NCBI GenBank assembly: GCA_019358915.1
Contig: JAHHIM010000007.1
Span: forward strand, 32,001-96,000
DNA length: 64,000 nt
Direction: 5' to 3'
Origin: Trichormus sp. ATA11-4-KO1
Lineage (GTDB): Bacteria > Cyanobacteriota > Cyanobacteriia > Cyanobacteriales > Nostocaceae
This document shows positions 42,779 through 53,130 of this stretch, one piece after another; positions within the stretch are counted from its first letter, which is position 1, and the number at the start of each line of letters is the position of its first letter. A program made the position numbers and the translations under genes. The notes below the pieces were generated by a model that was not told where the DNA came from, ran no database searches, and was given only the letters and a program-made list of their open reading frames with translations.

Positions 42779-45640
42779 ATGGGGCAGCCACAAAAATCTA
42801 TAGCCGCCGAACAACAAATCCTTGCCTTGGGAAGCGTCCTCCAAAGCCTCAGAGAAGAGAATGATGTTGACGTTCTGATTGAAACCACGATTGCTTATAT
42901 ATACCAACAGTTTGACTACAGTCTGATTTGGATTGCTCTTTATGATCGCCTAAAACACACCTTGTTTGGCAAAGGCGGTATCACACCTGATCAAGACACT
43001 AATTTTTTGCGACAACGGGTTGTTCTCAATCCAGGTGATTTATTAGAACAAGTAGTGATTGAACAAAGTCCCTTGGGTATAGTGGATTTACGCAATGAAA
43101 TTCGTGCCGCAGTATGGCAAGACGTTGGCAAAAAATTTAACATCCAGGGCACAATTTTTTTGCCAATTCGTTACAAAGACCGTTTTTTAGGCTTACTTTT
43201 ACTTGGTTCAGAACGGTGGGGTTATTTACTGCCAGGAGACGCAAAAGCACGCCTGATGATGGTTTTAGGCGAACTGGGGGCAGTGCTTTACCAAAAAGAA
43301 ATGGATTTGCAGCAAAAGCAAACCAAACGCCCAGATGAGCCGTTATTAGAATTACTAGAAAATTTACGCACCCTGAATAATTTAGATCAAAAACTCAAAG
43401 CAGTTGTGGAGGCAACCCATCAATTTATCTACCCTAGCCGGACAAATGTTTATTGGTTTGATAGACAAGGGCGTTACTTTTGGTGTCGGATGAGCAATCA
43501 GCTAGCCAATATTGGTCGTAACTCTAGCAATCAGCAACCAGCCGCAGGTATGACTGTGCAGGAGTTAAGCGAACTTTATTATGCTTTGTCAGTGAATGAA
43601 ATTGTTTGGATTGGTGATGCCCGCAGTTCCCTAAAAAGTCATTTTACTGCCAAGTTATTGCAACGCTTGCGGGTGCGATCGCTGTTGGCAGCTCCCATCA
43701 TTTGGCAAAAGGATCTACTAGGTTTTTTGGCAGTAGAAGGCAATGAGCCACGAATCTGGACTGAAGCAGATAAAAATTTCGTTCAAGGTACTGCTGGGTT
43801 AATATCTTTAGTTGCTCCCATCGACAGCATGGAAAGTACCATCAAACAAATCCAAGATGATACTCAGCTAACTAGTCAAGTTGCCCAAGCTATTTATCAA
43901 AAGCATGAATTTAACGAAACCTTACGTACCTGTGCTGCCAAAGTTTTAACTCGCCTAGCTGCTACCCGCTTTTTACTATTGCAGTACGACTCTGACCAAA
44001 ATCATTATCAAATTCTCTACCAAAGCCAACCTCATAATCGTCGACCTTTGACATTTGCCCTCAATGCACTCACAGAAACAGATAGACATTTGTTAAAGAC
44101 GGCAAAAGCTACGGTAGAGGTGGAGAAATTAGATGAAGATTTGCGATTTTTTCCTTGGCGCTCCCTTTTCTTAGAACATAATGTGCGATCGCTCTTAGTT
44201 TGTAACTGCATTCAAGGTCATGCACCAAAAACCCTATTGATTATCGCTCATGAAACTCATCGTACTTGGTCAAATCTAGAAAAGGAGCTGCTGTGGGTCG
44301 TCAGTCAACAGATTGGTGTCATTGTTCGTCAATGGCAACTCCACAATGATAATGAGCAGCAGCAAAAGGTTTTATCCAGCATTAAACAATTAGAACAAGC
44401 CCAAAGCGAAACAATGGCAATCAGGGACAAGCATTTAGAACGCACAGCACTAGAACAAATCGCGTCAATTCTCAACTGTCCCCTAACACTACTGTTATCT
44501 TGGTCATCTGGTCAGACCTTGGCTGAAATTATACCTGGAGTAATTGCCGATAGTCGATTTGAGATTAGTGCAGATGCACAAGTTTCTATCCAGTCTGAAG
44601 CTTTGATCCAGTGGGCACTTAAGCAAGATGGTTGCTTAAGTGTCAACGTGGATGATTTACCACCAGAAACCAGAAAATGGTTGATGGGTTCAGGTATTGG
44701 TAAAATTTTAATTATGAAATTATGTACAGCTACTGATTATCAGCCCACAGCAGTGGTATTGATGGCAGATCGGCAAGAACGTCAATGGTCACAGCAAAGC
44801 CTCAATACTATAGAAACTTTGGTGAATCAATTAGCTTGGTCACGTCGTCAACAGCAAATCACCCAACTTTTAGAGTCCACAACCCAAAGGTTAAACCAAC
44901 TAAATTGGTATAAACATAGTCGTCTCGAAGAAATTCAAAGAACAACGGCGCTGTTACTTGGTCAAATACATGATTTGGGTATTCCTGCTAATGAACTAAC
45001 TCAGACACGCTACCAACTACTACTGCGGCAGTTAGATCAGACAAACGCCTCTATGACTGGAATGCTGAAACTGGAACAGTGGCAGTTGCATAAAAGTTGG
45101 GAAACTATGCCTATAGCCAGTTTAATGAAGCGATCGCTCGAACGAGTAGAAAATTTATTCAAGCAACATAAGCTGTGGGTAGGTGTGCATGGTTTGGGAC
45201 AATCGGGTGCAGATTACGAATCAGCCAACAGTTCCTCATTCCTCAAAGGCATCTCCAACTCAGATTATCCCTCTTCAATGGCGATCGCTGGTGATATTGT
45301 GAAATTTGAATTAATTCTGCACGAACTATTAGTGTTTGCCTGTCACCGTTCTCAAGGCGGAGGCAGAATTGATATCTGGTGTCGCCGTTTAGATGAAAAA
45401 TTATTAGAGTTGTCAATTACAGATAATGGCGTCATTAAACCACAACTACTAGCAGAACTAAATCATGATGCCCTCAAGGATGTTCTAGCCCTTTCTTTTT
45501 TAGATAAACCACCAGGCTTACATCTGCTCATCTGCCAAAATCTCATGCAAGAATTAGGCGGAGAATTGCATATTTATCAATTACCAGATAGTCGGGTAGT
45601 CAGTCGTTTACTTTTGCCATTAGCTGCTAAAAACTCCTAG
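42779..45640 (+). CDS. Multi-GAF sensor with degenerate histidine-kinase module
   Basis: Several GAF-like segments; HATPase remnants ELLVFA / ITDNG / GLHLLICQNLMQELGG. Confidence 0.85.
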   Translation: MGQPQKSIAAEQQILALGSVLQSLREENDVDVLIETTIAYIYQQFDYSLIWIALYDRLKHTLFGKGGITPDQDTNFLRQRVVLNPGDLLEQVVIEQSPLGIVDLRNEIRAAVWQDVGKKFNIQGTIFLPIRYKDRFLGLLLLGSERWGYLLPGDAKARLMMVLGELGAVLYQKEMDLQQKQTKRPDEPLLELLENLRTLNNLDQKLKAVVEATHQFIYPSRTNVYWFDRQGRYFWCRMSNQLANIGRNSSNQQPAAGMTVQELSELYYALSVNEIVWIGDARSSLKSHFTAKLLQRLRVRSLLAAPIIWQKDLLGFLAVEGNEPRIWTEADKNFVQGTAGLISLVAPIDSMESTIKQIQDDTQLTSQVAQAIYQKHEFNETLRTCAAKVLTRLAATRFLLLQYDSDQNHYQILYQSQPHNRRPLTFALNALTETDRHLLKTAKATVEVEKLDEDLRFFPWRSLFLEHNVRSLLVCNCIQGHAPKTLLIIAHETHRTWSNLEKELLWVVSQQIGVIVRQWQLHNDNEQQQKVLSSIKQLEQAQSETMAIRDKHLERTALEQIASILNCPLTLLLSWSSGQTLAEIIPGVIADSRFEISADAQVSIQSEALIQWALKQDGCLSVNVDDLPPETRKWLMGSGIGKILIMKLCTATDYQPTAVVLMADRQERQWSQQSLNTIETLVNQLAWSRRQQQITQLLESTTQRLNQLNWYKHSRLEEIQRTTALLLGQIHDLGIPANELTQTRYQLLLRQLDQTNASMTGMLKLEQWQLHKSWETMPIASLMKRSLERVENLFKQHKLWVGVHGLGQSGADYESANSSSFLKGISNSDYPSSMAIAGDIVKFELILHELLVFACHRSQGGGRIDIWCRRLDEKLLELSITDNGVIKPQLLAELNHDALKDVLALSFLDKPPGLHLLICQNLMQELGGELHIYQLPDSRVVSRLLLPLAAKNS

Positions 45641-45833
45641 TGAATTTGCTTGATTTTATGAAAAAACCAAAATACTTACACAAGTAGAGCGACAAGATTA
45701 ATTTGATGAATCAGCCCTTAGTCAGATTGTCAGCAAATTTGTTCGTTTCAGGTATCCTACCTTTGTAGCAAACTCGTTATAATATTTTTCCATCGCTCTC
45801 AAAAATCAACCTTGAATCTGCACGGCATTCATC

Positions 45834-45989
45834 ATGAGACGCGTTAGTTCTAAATCTGACCTACCCAGAAAAATCTGTCCGGTATGTCAACGTCCCTTCA
45901 CTTGGCGGAAAAAATGGCAAGATTGCTGGGACGAGGTGAGATACTGCTCAGAACGTTGCCGCCGTCGCCGTTCTGATGCAAAAAATTAA
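45834..45989 (+). CDS. DUF2256-family small Cys-rich protein (51 aa; absent from ORF track)
   Basis: Hand translation [51 protein letters not shown]. Confidence 0.92.
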   Translation: MRRVSSKSDLPRKICPVCQRPFTWRKKWQDCWDEVRYCSERCRRRRSDAKN

Positions 45990-46097
45990 AGGGAGTGGGG
46001 GACACATGAACACGGGATTACTTTATTCCCAATGCCCAATCTTTAATCTCTAGTAAAACCAACTGCAACTGAGACGCAAATAGCGCAAGGGTTATAG

Positions 46098-47051
46098 ATG
46101 AAGTTACAGGTGCAACCTAAATTAATTATTCATGGAGGAGCTGGTAGTTCTCTCCACGGTAAAGGAGGATTAGAGGCGGTGCGCCGATCGCTCTATACAG
46201 TAGTAGAGACAGTTTATTCTCTTCTACTAAAAGGAGCAACCGCCTCCGAAGCAGTAGTACAGGGTTGCCAAATGTTAGAAGATGACCCCCGCTTTAATGC
46301 TGGTACTGGTTCAGTACTGCAATCTGACGGTCAAATCCGCATGAGTGCTTCCTTGATGGATAGTACATCAGGGCGCTTCAGTGGTGTGATTAATATTTCG
46401 CGGGTAAAAAATCCCATGCAATTAGTGCAATATTTACAAGATTCGCCAGACAGGGTACTGTCGGATTACGGTGCAGCTGAACTAGCACGGGAGTTGCAAA
46501 TTCCCAGTTACAACGCTTTAACTGATTTGCGGTTGCAAGAATGGATGCAAGAGCGCCAGGATAATTTTAAAAGCACAATGGCTGGTGTAGTAGCAGAACC
46601 CGAACTAGTGGAAACCAGTAATGCTGGACGTGGCACTATCGGTGTAGTCGTTTTAGATGCTTATGGTGGGCTAGCTGCTGGCACTTCCACAGGTGGCAAA
46701 GGCTTTGAGCGCATCGGTCGAGTCAGTGATTCTGCGATGCCAGCAGGTAATTATGCTACTAGTGACGCAGCAGTTAGTTGTACTGGCATTGGTGAAGATA
46801 TTATTGATGAATGCTTGGCAGCAAAGATTGTGGTGCGCGTAACGGATGGAATTTCCCTCAAAGATGCTATGCAGCGCTCGTTTACAGAGGCACACCAAAA
46901 CAAGCGGGATTTAGGAGCGATCGCCTTAGATGCTCATGGGGCGATATCATGGGGCAAAACTAGTGAAGTCTTGCTTGCTGCCTACCACGACGGCGAAAGC
47001 ATTGGTGATACCTTGGAATGGAATGATTCCGAATTGATTGGCTATTGCTGA
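46098..47051 (+). CDS. iaaA: Isoaspartyl peptidase / plant-type L-asparaginase
   Basis: IIHGGAG, FNAGTGS, GTIG nucleophile Thr, TSTGG, GRVSDS, SCTGIGE. Confidence 0.93.
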   Translation: MKLQVQPKLIIHGGAGSSLHGKGGLEAVRRSLYTVVETVYSLLLKGATASEAVVQGCQMLEDDPRFNAGTGSVLQSDGQIRMSASLMDSTSGRFSGVINISRVKNPMQLVQYLQDSPDRVLSDYGAAELARELQIPSYNALTDLRLQEWMQERQDNFKSTMAGVVAEPELVETSNAGRGTIGVVVLDAYGGLAAGTSTGGKGFERIGRVSDSAMPAGNYATSDAAVSCTGIGEDIIDECLAAKIVVRVTDGISLKDAMQRSFTEAHQNKRDLGAIALDAHGAISWGKTSEVLLAAYHDGESIGDTLEWNDSELIGYC

Positions 47052-47100
47052 GTGCTGTAAAGCCCTGCGGGCATAGCTGCGCTTATAGCCCGTGCTGAGT
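47048..47100. repeat. STRR plus short dispersed repeat (same 28-bp unit as at 39144)
   Basis: ctgagtgctg-taaagccctgcgggcatagctgcgctta-tagcccgtgctgagt. Confidence 0.85.
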
Positions 47101-47132
47101 CAGAAAAAGAGGAAGAACTTTCGCACTCAGTA

Positions 47133-47257
47133 AATGTCCCGCCCCTTGTGGTCACTGAGCCTTGCCGAAGTGTGGGCGGAATCTTAATTGTTAAAGTGAG
47201 TCTCCAAGGAAGGCGCACCTGCGGGAAGGGCGAAAGAAACAGAATCCTCCGGACTTT
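47133..47257 (+). mobile_element. Possible non-autonomous IS200/IS605-family remnant carrying a 22-bp repeat insertion
   Basis: ccgccc...gggcgg hairpin interrupted by gtcactgagccttgccgaagtg; 3' agaatcctccggacttt resembles half of an IS605 end hairpin. Confidence 0.4.
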
Positions 47258-47464
47258 TTATTTTGAATTTTGAATTTTGAATTGATTCATTCCTTTGTAC
47301 TTTTTACTCGTAACTCAGCACTCAGCACTCACCACTATAGGGCTAGGTGCTTTTCCAGAAAAGCCAAGGTTACCAAATTTCAGAAAAGTTTCGTCGCCGT
47401 TCTGGAAGTAACGATATATTTTGAGAATCTATCCCGGACAAATTCACTGTTTTTTGTTGAATCT

Positions 47465-48277
47465 ATGAAGTCTTATTTAGCAGCCGCTATTCAAATGACC
47501 AGTGTGCCCAATCTACACAAAAATTTGGTACAGGCAGAAGAGTTGATTGATCTTGCTGTGCGTCGAGGTGCTGAATTAGTTGGGTTGCCAGAAAACTTTT
47601 CTTTTATGGGAGAAGAGAAAGATAAACTCGCACAAGCCGCAGAAATTTACAGCGAAACTGCACAGTTTCTCACAAAAATGGCTCAACGCTTCCAAGTTAC
47701 TATCTTGGGTGGCAGTTTTCCCGTTCCTGTAGATAATACAGGCAAAGTTTATAACACTACATTACTCATCGACCCCAACGGTCACGAACTTGCTCGCTAC
47801 TATAAAGTACATTTATTTGACGTTAACGTCCCAGACGGTAACACTTATCGAGAATCCAGCACTGTGATGGCTGGTAAAGAACTCCCCTCAGTTTATTTTT
47901 CAGAACAACTCGGTAACATAGGACTTTCGGTTTGCTACGATGTCCGCTTCCCCGAACTGTATCGACATCTCTCAGATAAAGGAGCCGATGTGATGTTTGT
48001 CCCGGCTGCCTTCACCGCCTTTACTGGCAAAGACCACTGGCAAGTATTATTACAAGCTAGAGCGATTGAAAATACTGCCTATGTGATCGCTCCTGCCCAA
48101 ACTGGCAATAACTACGCCCGCCGCCAAACCCACGGACACGCGATGATTATTGACCCTTGGGGTGTGATTTTAGCCGATGCTGGTGATGTTCCGGGAATTG
48201 CGATCGCCGAAATCAAACCCTCTCGTTTGGAACAAGTCCGCCGTCAAATGCCTTCCTTAGAACACCGGGTTTTCTAG
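47465..48277 (+). CDS. Carbon-nitrogen hydrolase (Nit1-like deaminated glutathione amidase)
   Basis: LPENF, YYKVHLFD, VCYDVRFPE catalytic triad, ARAIEN. Confidence 0.93.
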   Translation: MKSYLAAAIQMTSVPNLHKNLVQAEELIDLAVRRGAELVGLPENFSFMGEEKDKLAQAAEIYSETAQFLTKMAQRFQVTILGGSFPVPVDNTGKVYNTTLLIDPNGHELARYYKVHLFDVNVPDGNTYRESSTVMAGKELPSVYFSEQLGNIGLSVCYDVRFPELYRHLSDKGADVMFVPAAFTAFTGKDHWQVLLQARAIENTAYVIAPAQTGNNYARRQTHGHAMIIDPWGVILADAGDVPGIAIAEIKPSRLEQVRRQMPSLEHRVF

Positions 48278-48452
48278 GTGCTGGGTGCTGAGAATAAGAT
48301 TAAGAAAAGAAGTTTAGCGCTTCTGAATCTAGCCGGATAACAAGTTAATTGTTAACAGTGCAGGTTGTGGCTCTCGCCGTGCCTGCATCAAAAAACTTTT
48401 GTTAAGATTTTTAAGTCTGCTAGGAGAGTGTGAAAAACAATTAAATCTCAAC

Positions 48453-49688
48453 ATGAAGCTACTAAAAACTATCAAAATGTTGAGCAGTCTTAGCCTTATA
48501 GGGCTTGTATCCTGCAATGGTACACCAACTGCACCGATAAGTACTAACGAGAACCAAGAAACCACATCACCGTCAATTCAGACAGCAGCAACGACTTCGG
48601 AAACAGAAGCTTGTAAATTTGTGGAAGATGGCGTTGGTTCCCCAGGAAAAGTAAAAGTCAGAGCAGAAGAAGTAGTCACAGGTTTAGAGATTCCTTGGGG
48701 AATTGCTTTTTTACCAAATGAGCAAATGCTGGTGACGGAAAGACCAGGCAGGGTGCGATTAGTGCAAAATGGAGAATTAGCGCGATCGCCTGTTGCTACC
48801 CTAAAAATTACAGCTTCAGGTGAGGGTGGGTTACTAGGAATTGCTGCACACCCAGATTTTGCCAGTAACCGATTTTTCTACTTGTACTACACCACTGATA
48901 AAAATGGCTCACCAGTCAACCGAGTGGAGCGTTGGCAATTGTCATCAGATGGATTGAGTGCATCCTCAGATAAAATTATTATTGATGATATTCCGGCGGC
49001 TCTTTATCATAATGGCGGTCGCTTGCGCTTTGGCCCCGATGGAATGCTTTATATCGGTACTGGTGACGCTAGGGAACCGCAAGCTTCTCAAAACGTTAAT
49101 AGTTTAGCCGGAAAGATTCTCCGCTTAACTCCAGACGGACAGATTCCCTCAGATAATCCATTTCCTGATAATCCCGTCTTTATTACGGGTATTCGCAACA
49201 CCCAAGGTTTTGACTGGCATAATCCATCAACTTTGTTTGTCACAGACCACGGACCCAGTGGAGAATTAGGCAGAAGGGGTGAGGATAAAGTTTCTGTGTT
49301 ACAAGCAGGTGAAAATATGGGCTGGCCTGCCGTAGAAAATTGTGAAGCTGAAGCTAAATTCGTGCAGCCATCATTGGTTTGGCGACAAGCCGCACCTCCA
49401 GGCGGGGCAGCAATTTATACTGGAAATTCTGTTCCCGAGTGGAAAGGCAACTTAATTATTGGCACTCTTGGTTCCAGACATCTGCACAGAGTTGTTTTCG
49501 ACTCAGCAAATCCCAGACAAGTACAAACCCATGAAGTTTACTTTCAGGGAAATTCCCCCAATGGTTTTGGGCGAATTAGGGATGTCATCATGGGTGCAGA
49601 TAACGAGTTATACATCACTACCAGTAATTGTGATGGACGTGGTAGCTGCCCCCCAGATCAGGATAAAATCCTCCGCATTACGCAATAA
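48453..49688 (+). CDS. PQQ-dependent sugar dehydrogenase (glucose/sorbosone family) lipoprotein
   Basis: Lipobox LVSC; GLEIPWGIAFLP, GEGGLLG, HNGGRLRFGPDG, GIRNTQG. Confidence 0.92.
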   Translation: MKLLKTIKMLSSLSLIGLVSCNGTPTAPISTNENQETTSPSIQTAATTSETEACKFVEDGVGSPGKVKVRAEEVVTGLEIPWGIAFLPNEQMLVTERPGRVRLVQNGELARSPVATLKITASGEGGLLGIAAHPDFASNRFFYLYYTTDKNGSPVNRVERWQLSSDGLSASSDKIIIDDIPAALYHNGGRLRFGPDGMLYIGTGDAREPQASQNVNSLAGKILRLTPDGQIPSDNPFPDNPVFITGIRNTQGFDWHNPSTLFVTDHGPSGELGRRGEDKVSVLQAGENMGWPAVENCEAEAKFVQPSLVWRQAAPPGGAAIYTGNSVPEWKGNLIIGTLGSRHLHRVVFDSANPRQVQTHEVYFQGNSPNGFGRIRDVIMGADNELYITTSNCDGRGSCPPDQDKILRITQ

Positions 49689-49773
49689 AATTTCTTTTCT
49701 CTGCGTCTCTGCGTGAGGCAAATTCCCAAATTACATGTTACGTAATTCATGGTTGAGTAAGTCCCACAACGAC

Positions 49774-49850
49774 ATTCGTAATTCGTAATTCTTAATTCGT
49801 AATAGAGCCTCCGGATGCCGCCAGGCTGTACGTAATTCGTAATTTGGTAT
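49774..49850. repeat. attcgta STRR heptamer array with an inserted short element
   Basis: cattcgtaattcgtaattcttaattcgtaat...cgtaattcgtaatttggtat. Confidence 0.75.
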
Positions 49851-49895
49851 TGTTCAACAAAAGAGCAAGTAGGGATTGCGGTAACGCATCGAAAT

Positions 49896-50332
49896 GGCTT
49901 AAAGCAAAGTAAAAATGAATTAGGTTGGGCAGATTATCGTTTTACTCGCTATGAAGATATTGAGCGATGGTGGGAGATTGTTTGCAGTGCCTACTTGATG
50001 GTTAGCCTTCATTCAGAATCTCTGCTTCCTTCTCCACCAGATTCTCAATCAACATTTGCTTCTCATCCCTGGTGGGATTATGGTAAGGGTTGGAAGAATA
50101 TTCTCAACAATCTTCGTCTCATACTTCAACCTTTTAACCTATTTAACTTAATTCAACCTTGGCTTTCAGTTTTTTATTTTGAATTTTGAATTTTGAATTG
50201 ATTCATATCCCTCAATTATCTTTAGGATTTGCTAAACTTCAATCCATTGTTTATTACCTTACCTCTCCTCTTGTTACCTTCCTGACTCACCCTGATTTCT
50301 ATTTTTCTTCCGCCTAAAGTGACACAACAGGG
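49896..50332 (+). pseudogene. 3' remnant of an IS701-like transposase with probable right end
   Basis: GLKQSKNELGWADYRFTRYEDIERWWEIVCSAYLMVSL...GWKNILNNLRL...QPWLSVF, interrupted at ~50171-50206, resumes IPQLSLGF...FSSA*; then aaagtgacacaacaggg. Confidence 0.8.
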
Positions 50333-50634
50333 TTAATTAATCAAGCAGTGCAGGATGAAAATTTTTAGTTATGTCTGCTAATTGCTAATGAGATTCTTGC
50401 CATAAGGCATTAGCCATAAGCTATTAGCAGTTTTTATTCATCATCACAAATTCCTAGGGATTTGGTTAATTACAAGGGTATTTTGTCTTAATCCTCACTT
50501 TGGTAGTAAAATAACGATGTTAAGTTTTATATCCGAAGTTAAAGGGTATAAAACTGATACGCACAAAACCTGTAATTTCCTAAGCTGCTGCAACAGCTTT
50601 AAACTGGAAAACAGTAAAGAGAGGATTTCACAAA

Positions 50635-51237
50635 ATGGCATTTGTACAGCCCCCCCTACCTTTCGACTTTAATGCTCTAGAGCCGTATGGCATGAAAGGC
50701 GAAACCTTCGAGTATCACTATGGCAAGCATCACAAGGCTTATGTAGATAACCTAAACAAGCTCACTGACGGTACGGAACTTGCGGAAAAATCTCTGGAAG
50801 ATGTTATCCAAGTTGCCTTTAAAGATTCCTCTAAGGCGGGAATCTTCAATAATGCTGCCCAAGTTTGGAATCACACTTTTTTCTGGAATTCCTTGAAGCC
50901 AGCAGGTGGTGGCACACCCACCGGAGAACTCGCCGCCAAGATTAATCAAGATTTTGGTAGCTTTGATAAATTTAAAGAAGAATTCTCTAGCGCGGCTGCA
51001 ACTCAGTTTGGCAGTGGCTGGGCTTGGCTAATTGATGATGGTGGTACCCTAAAGGTGATGAAGACACCGAATGCCGAGAACCCCTTAGCTCATGGTAAAA
51101 AGGCACTCCTAACTTTAGATGTTTGGGAACATGCCTACTACATCGACCATAGAAATGCCCGTCCGGCGTTCATCAAGAACTTCTTAGACCAGTTGGTAAA
51201 CTGGGAATTTGCTGCTGAAAATTACGCCAAAGCCTAA
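50635..51237 (+). CDS. sodB: Fe superoxide dismutase
   Basis: [20 protein letters not shown] (Fe-type), [16 protein letters not shown]. Confidence 0.96.
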   Translation: MAFVQPPLPFDFNALEPYGMKGETFEYHYGKHHKAYVDNLNKLTDGTELAEKSLEDVIQVAFKDSSKAGIFNNAAQVWNHTFFWNSLKPAGGGTPTGELAAKINQDFGSFDKFKEEFSSAAATQFGSGWAWLIDDGGTLKVMKTPNAENPLAHGKKALLTLDVWEHAYYIDHRNARPAFIKNFLDQLVNWEFAAENYAKA

Positions 51238-51422
51238 CTAGCTGTCAGTTTTTTACTAAATGAGATAGTGGCTTTGCTAGCTTTGTAAAGCAAAAACAAT
51301 CAGTTAATTTACAAATATTATCAGCAGTCACGATATAAATCGTGGCTGTTTTTAATTAATTCAACATGTTGCGCCCTTCCCAACTGTCTCATGTATCTTA
51401 AAAAGAGAGGCTACTATTCTTA

Positions 51423-51470
51423 CTCAGCACTCCCCTTCGGCTTCGCTCAGGGCAAGCGCACTCAGCACTT
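51423..51470. repeat. ctcagca STRR with inserted cttcggcttcgctcagggcaag repeat
   Basis: ctcagcactc-cccttcggcttcgctcagggcaag-cgcactcagcac. Confidence 0.7.
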
Positions 51471-51496
51471 AGAAAAGCACTCAGTACTTGAAAAAT

Positions 51497-51703
51497 ATGA
51501 ACAGTATAGAACTAGCAAAATACTTAGAATCAACAAATAGCATTGCCAAACCTTGGCTATTAGTGCAACTGCGTCTCAAGAAATTACAAGAACGCCAAGC
51601 TAGTATTTCCGAAGATGCCTACGCCAATGAATTAGCAGACATACACGAAGACTTGATGAACTTGGGTGAATGGTGGCGGGGGATTGAAAACCAAGTATTT
51701 TGA
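51497..51703 (+). CDS. Small conserved cyanobacterial hypothetical protein
   Basis: KPWLLVQLRLKKLQE...DLMNLGEWWRGIE. Confidence 0.8.
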   Translation: MNSIELAKYLESTNSIAKPWLLVQLRLKKLQERQASISEDAYANELADIHEDLMNLGEWWRGIENQVF

Positions 51704-51776
51704 CCATCAACTAACAACTGACACTGTTGAGATGATAGCCTAAGTTGGTAAGGGATTGATAACGGTGCAGTCAGGA

Positions 51777-52802
51777 ATGGATTATCGGGATGCAGGGGTT
51801 GATGTTGAGGCTGGTCGAGCCTTTGTAGATCAAATTCGCAATTTGGTTCACAGCACCTTTAGACCGGAAGTAATTGGTGGAATAGGTGGTTTTGGTGGTT
51901 GCTTCCAACTACCAGGGGGTTTTCAGGAACCAGTGCTAGTTTCTGGCACAGATGGTGTGGGGACAAAGTTGAAACTTGCCCAAATTCTCAACCGCCATGA
52001 CACCGTTGGCATTGATTTAGTTGCCATGTGCGTTAATGATGTGCTGACATCAGGCGCAGAACCGCTATTCTTTTTGGATTATGTGGCCACAGGTAAGTTA
52101 GAACCAGAGCAATTAACTCAAGTGGTAGCGGGTATAGCTTCTGGGTGTAGACTGGCAGGTTGTGCCTTATTGGGAGGAGAAACGGCAGAAATGCCTGGTT
52201 TCTACCAAGTGGGTGAGTATGACTTAGCTGGGTTTTGTGTGGGAATTGTAGAAAAAAGCCAGATGCTGGATAGTTCCCAGGTACAAATTGGGGATGTAGC
52301 GATCGCACTTGCTAGCGCTGGTGTCCACAGTAATGGCTTAAGTTTAGTGCGGAAAATTGTGGCTGATGGTGGCTTTTCTTGGGATGAAAGCCCAGAATTA
52401 TTAGGTGGTGAAACTATCGGCGCAGCTTTCCTCAAACCTACACAAATTTATGTCAAACCTGTTCTAGCATCTCGTCAAGCCGGGTTAGAAATTCACGGTA
52501 TGGCTCATATTACAGGCGGCGGTTTACCAGAAAATTTACCCAGATGCTTGGGTCAAGGTCAAGCAATCAAAATTAACCCTAATAGTTGGACTACTCCTTC
52601 TCTATTTCAGTGGTTAGCTGAAGTTGGTTCAGTTAGTGCCAAGGCCATGTACAATACCTTCAATATGGGGATTGGATTTGTGTTGTTGGTACCACCTAAT
52701 CAAGCAAAACAAACAATTGCCTTTTTTAAATCACAGGATATTTCAGCTTTTGCGATTGGTGAAGTCATTACTGGTTCGGGTACCTTGGAAGGATTACCGT
52801 AA
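51777..52802 (+). CDS. purM: Phosphoribosylformylglycinamidine cyclo-ligase
   Basis: [37 protein letters not shown]. Confidence 0.98.
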   Translation: MDYRDAGVDVEAGRAFVDQIRNLVHSTFRPEVIGGIGGFGGCFQLPGGFQEPVLVSGTDGVGTKLKLAQILNRHDTVGIDLVAMCVNDVLTSGAEPLFFLDYVATGKLEPEQLTQVVAGIASGCRLAGCALLGGETAEMPGFYQVGEYDLAGFCVGIVEKSQMLDSSQVQIGDVAIALASAGVHSNGLSLVRKIVADGGFSWDESPELLGGETIGAAFLKPTQIYVKPVLASRQAGLEIHGMAHITGGGLPENLPRCLGQGQAIKINPNSWTTPSLFQWLAEVGSVSAKAMYNTFNMGIGFVLLVPPNQAKQTIAFFKSQDISAFAIGEVITGSGTLEGLP

Positions 52803-53130
52803 TTGCAAAAATTATTTATACATGGAACTCAATACTACTTCTAGATTAATAGAGTAGTTAAATCTACTAAAATTCATAACTTTTGGGAAAATTTTTCTCA
52901 GTATTTAAATAAATTTTTGAAAAAAATTTTACTTGCTTTATCACAGCAATCGGAAATACTCATGGCCACAAGCATTGAGATTTGCTAAGGTAGTCTTAAC
53001 ATATTGAAAAAATTGGCTAATGAAGTTGAGACAATGACTACCAACATTTTTTTAAAGTGCTGGCATCTTCTCACCTATAAGTGTGGCGTGTTCGTGTATA
53101 GAAAATTACATATTTAGTTCAGAGGTGGTT

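Noticed and set aside
50378..50402. Possible Fur/PerR box upstream of sodB (attgctaatgagattctt)
   Set aside because: Too degenerate to support in AT-rich DNA
8307..51237. Apparent thiol/redox super-cluster (rhodanese, gor, egt, Nit1, sodB)
   Set aside because: Genes are scattered over more than 40 kb among unrelated housekeeping genes; probably coincidental
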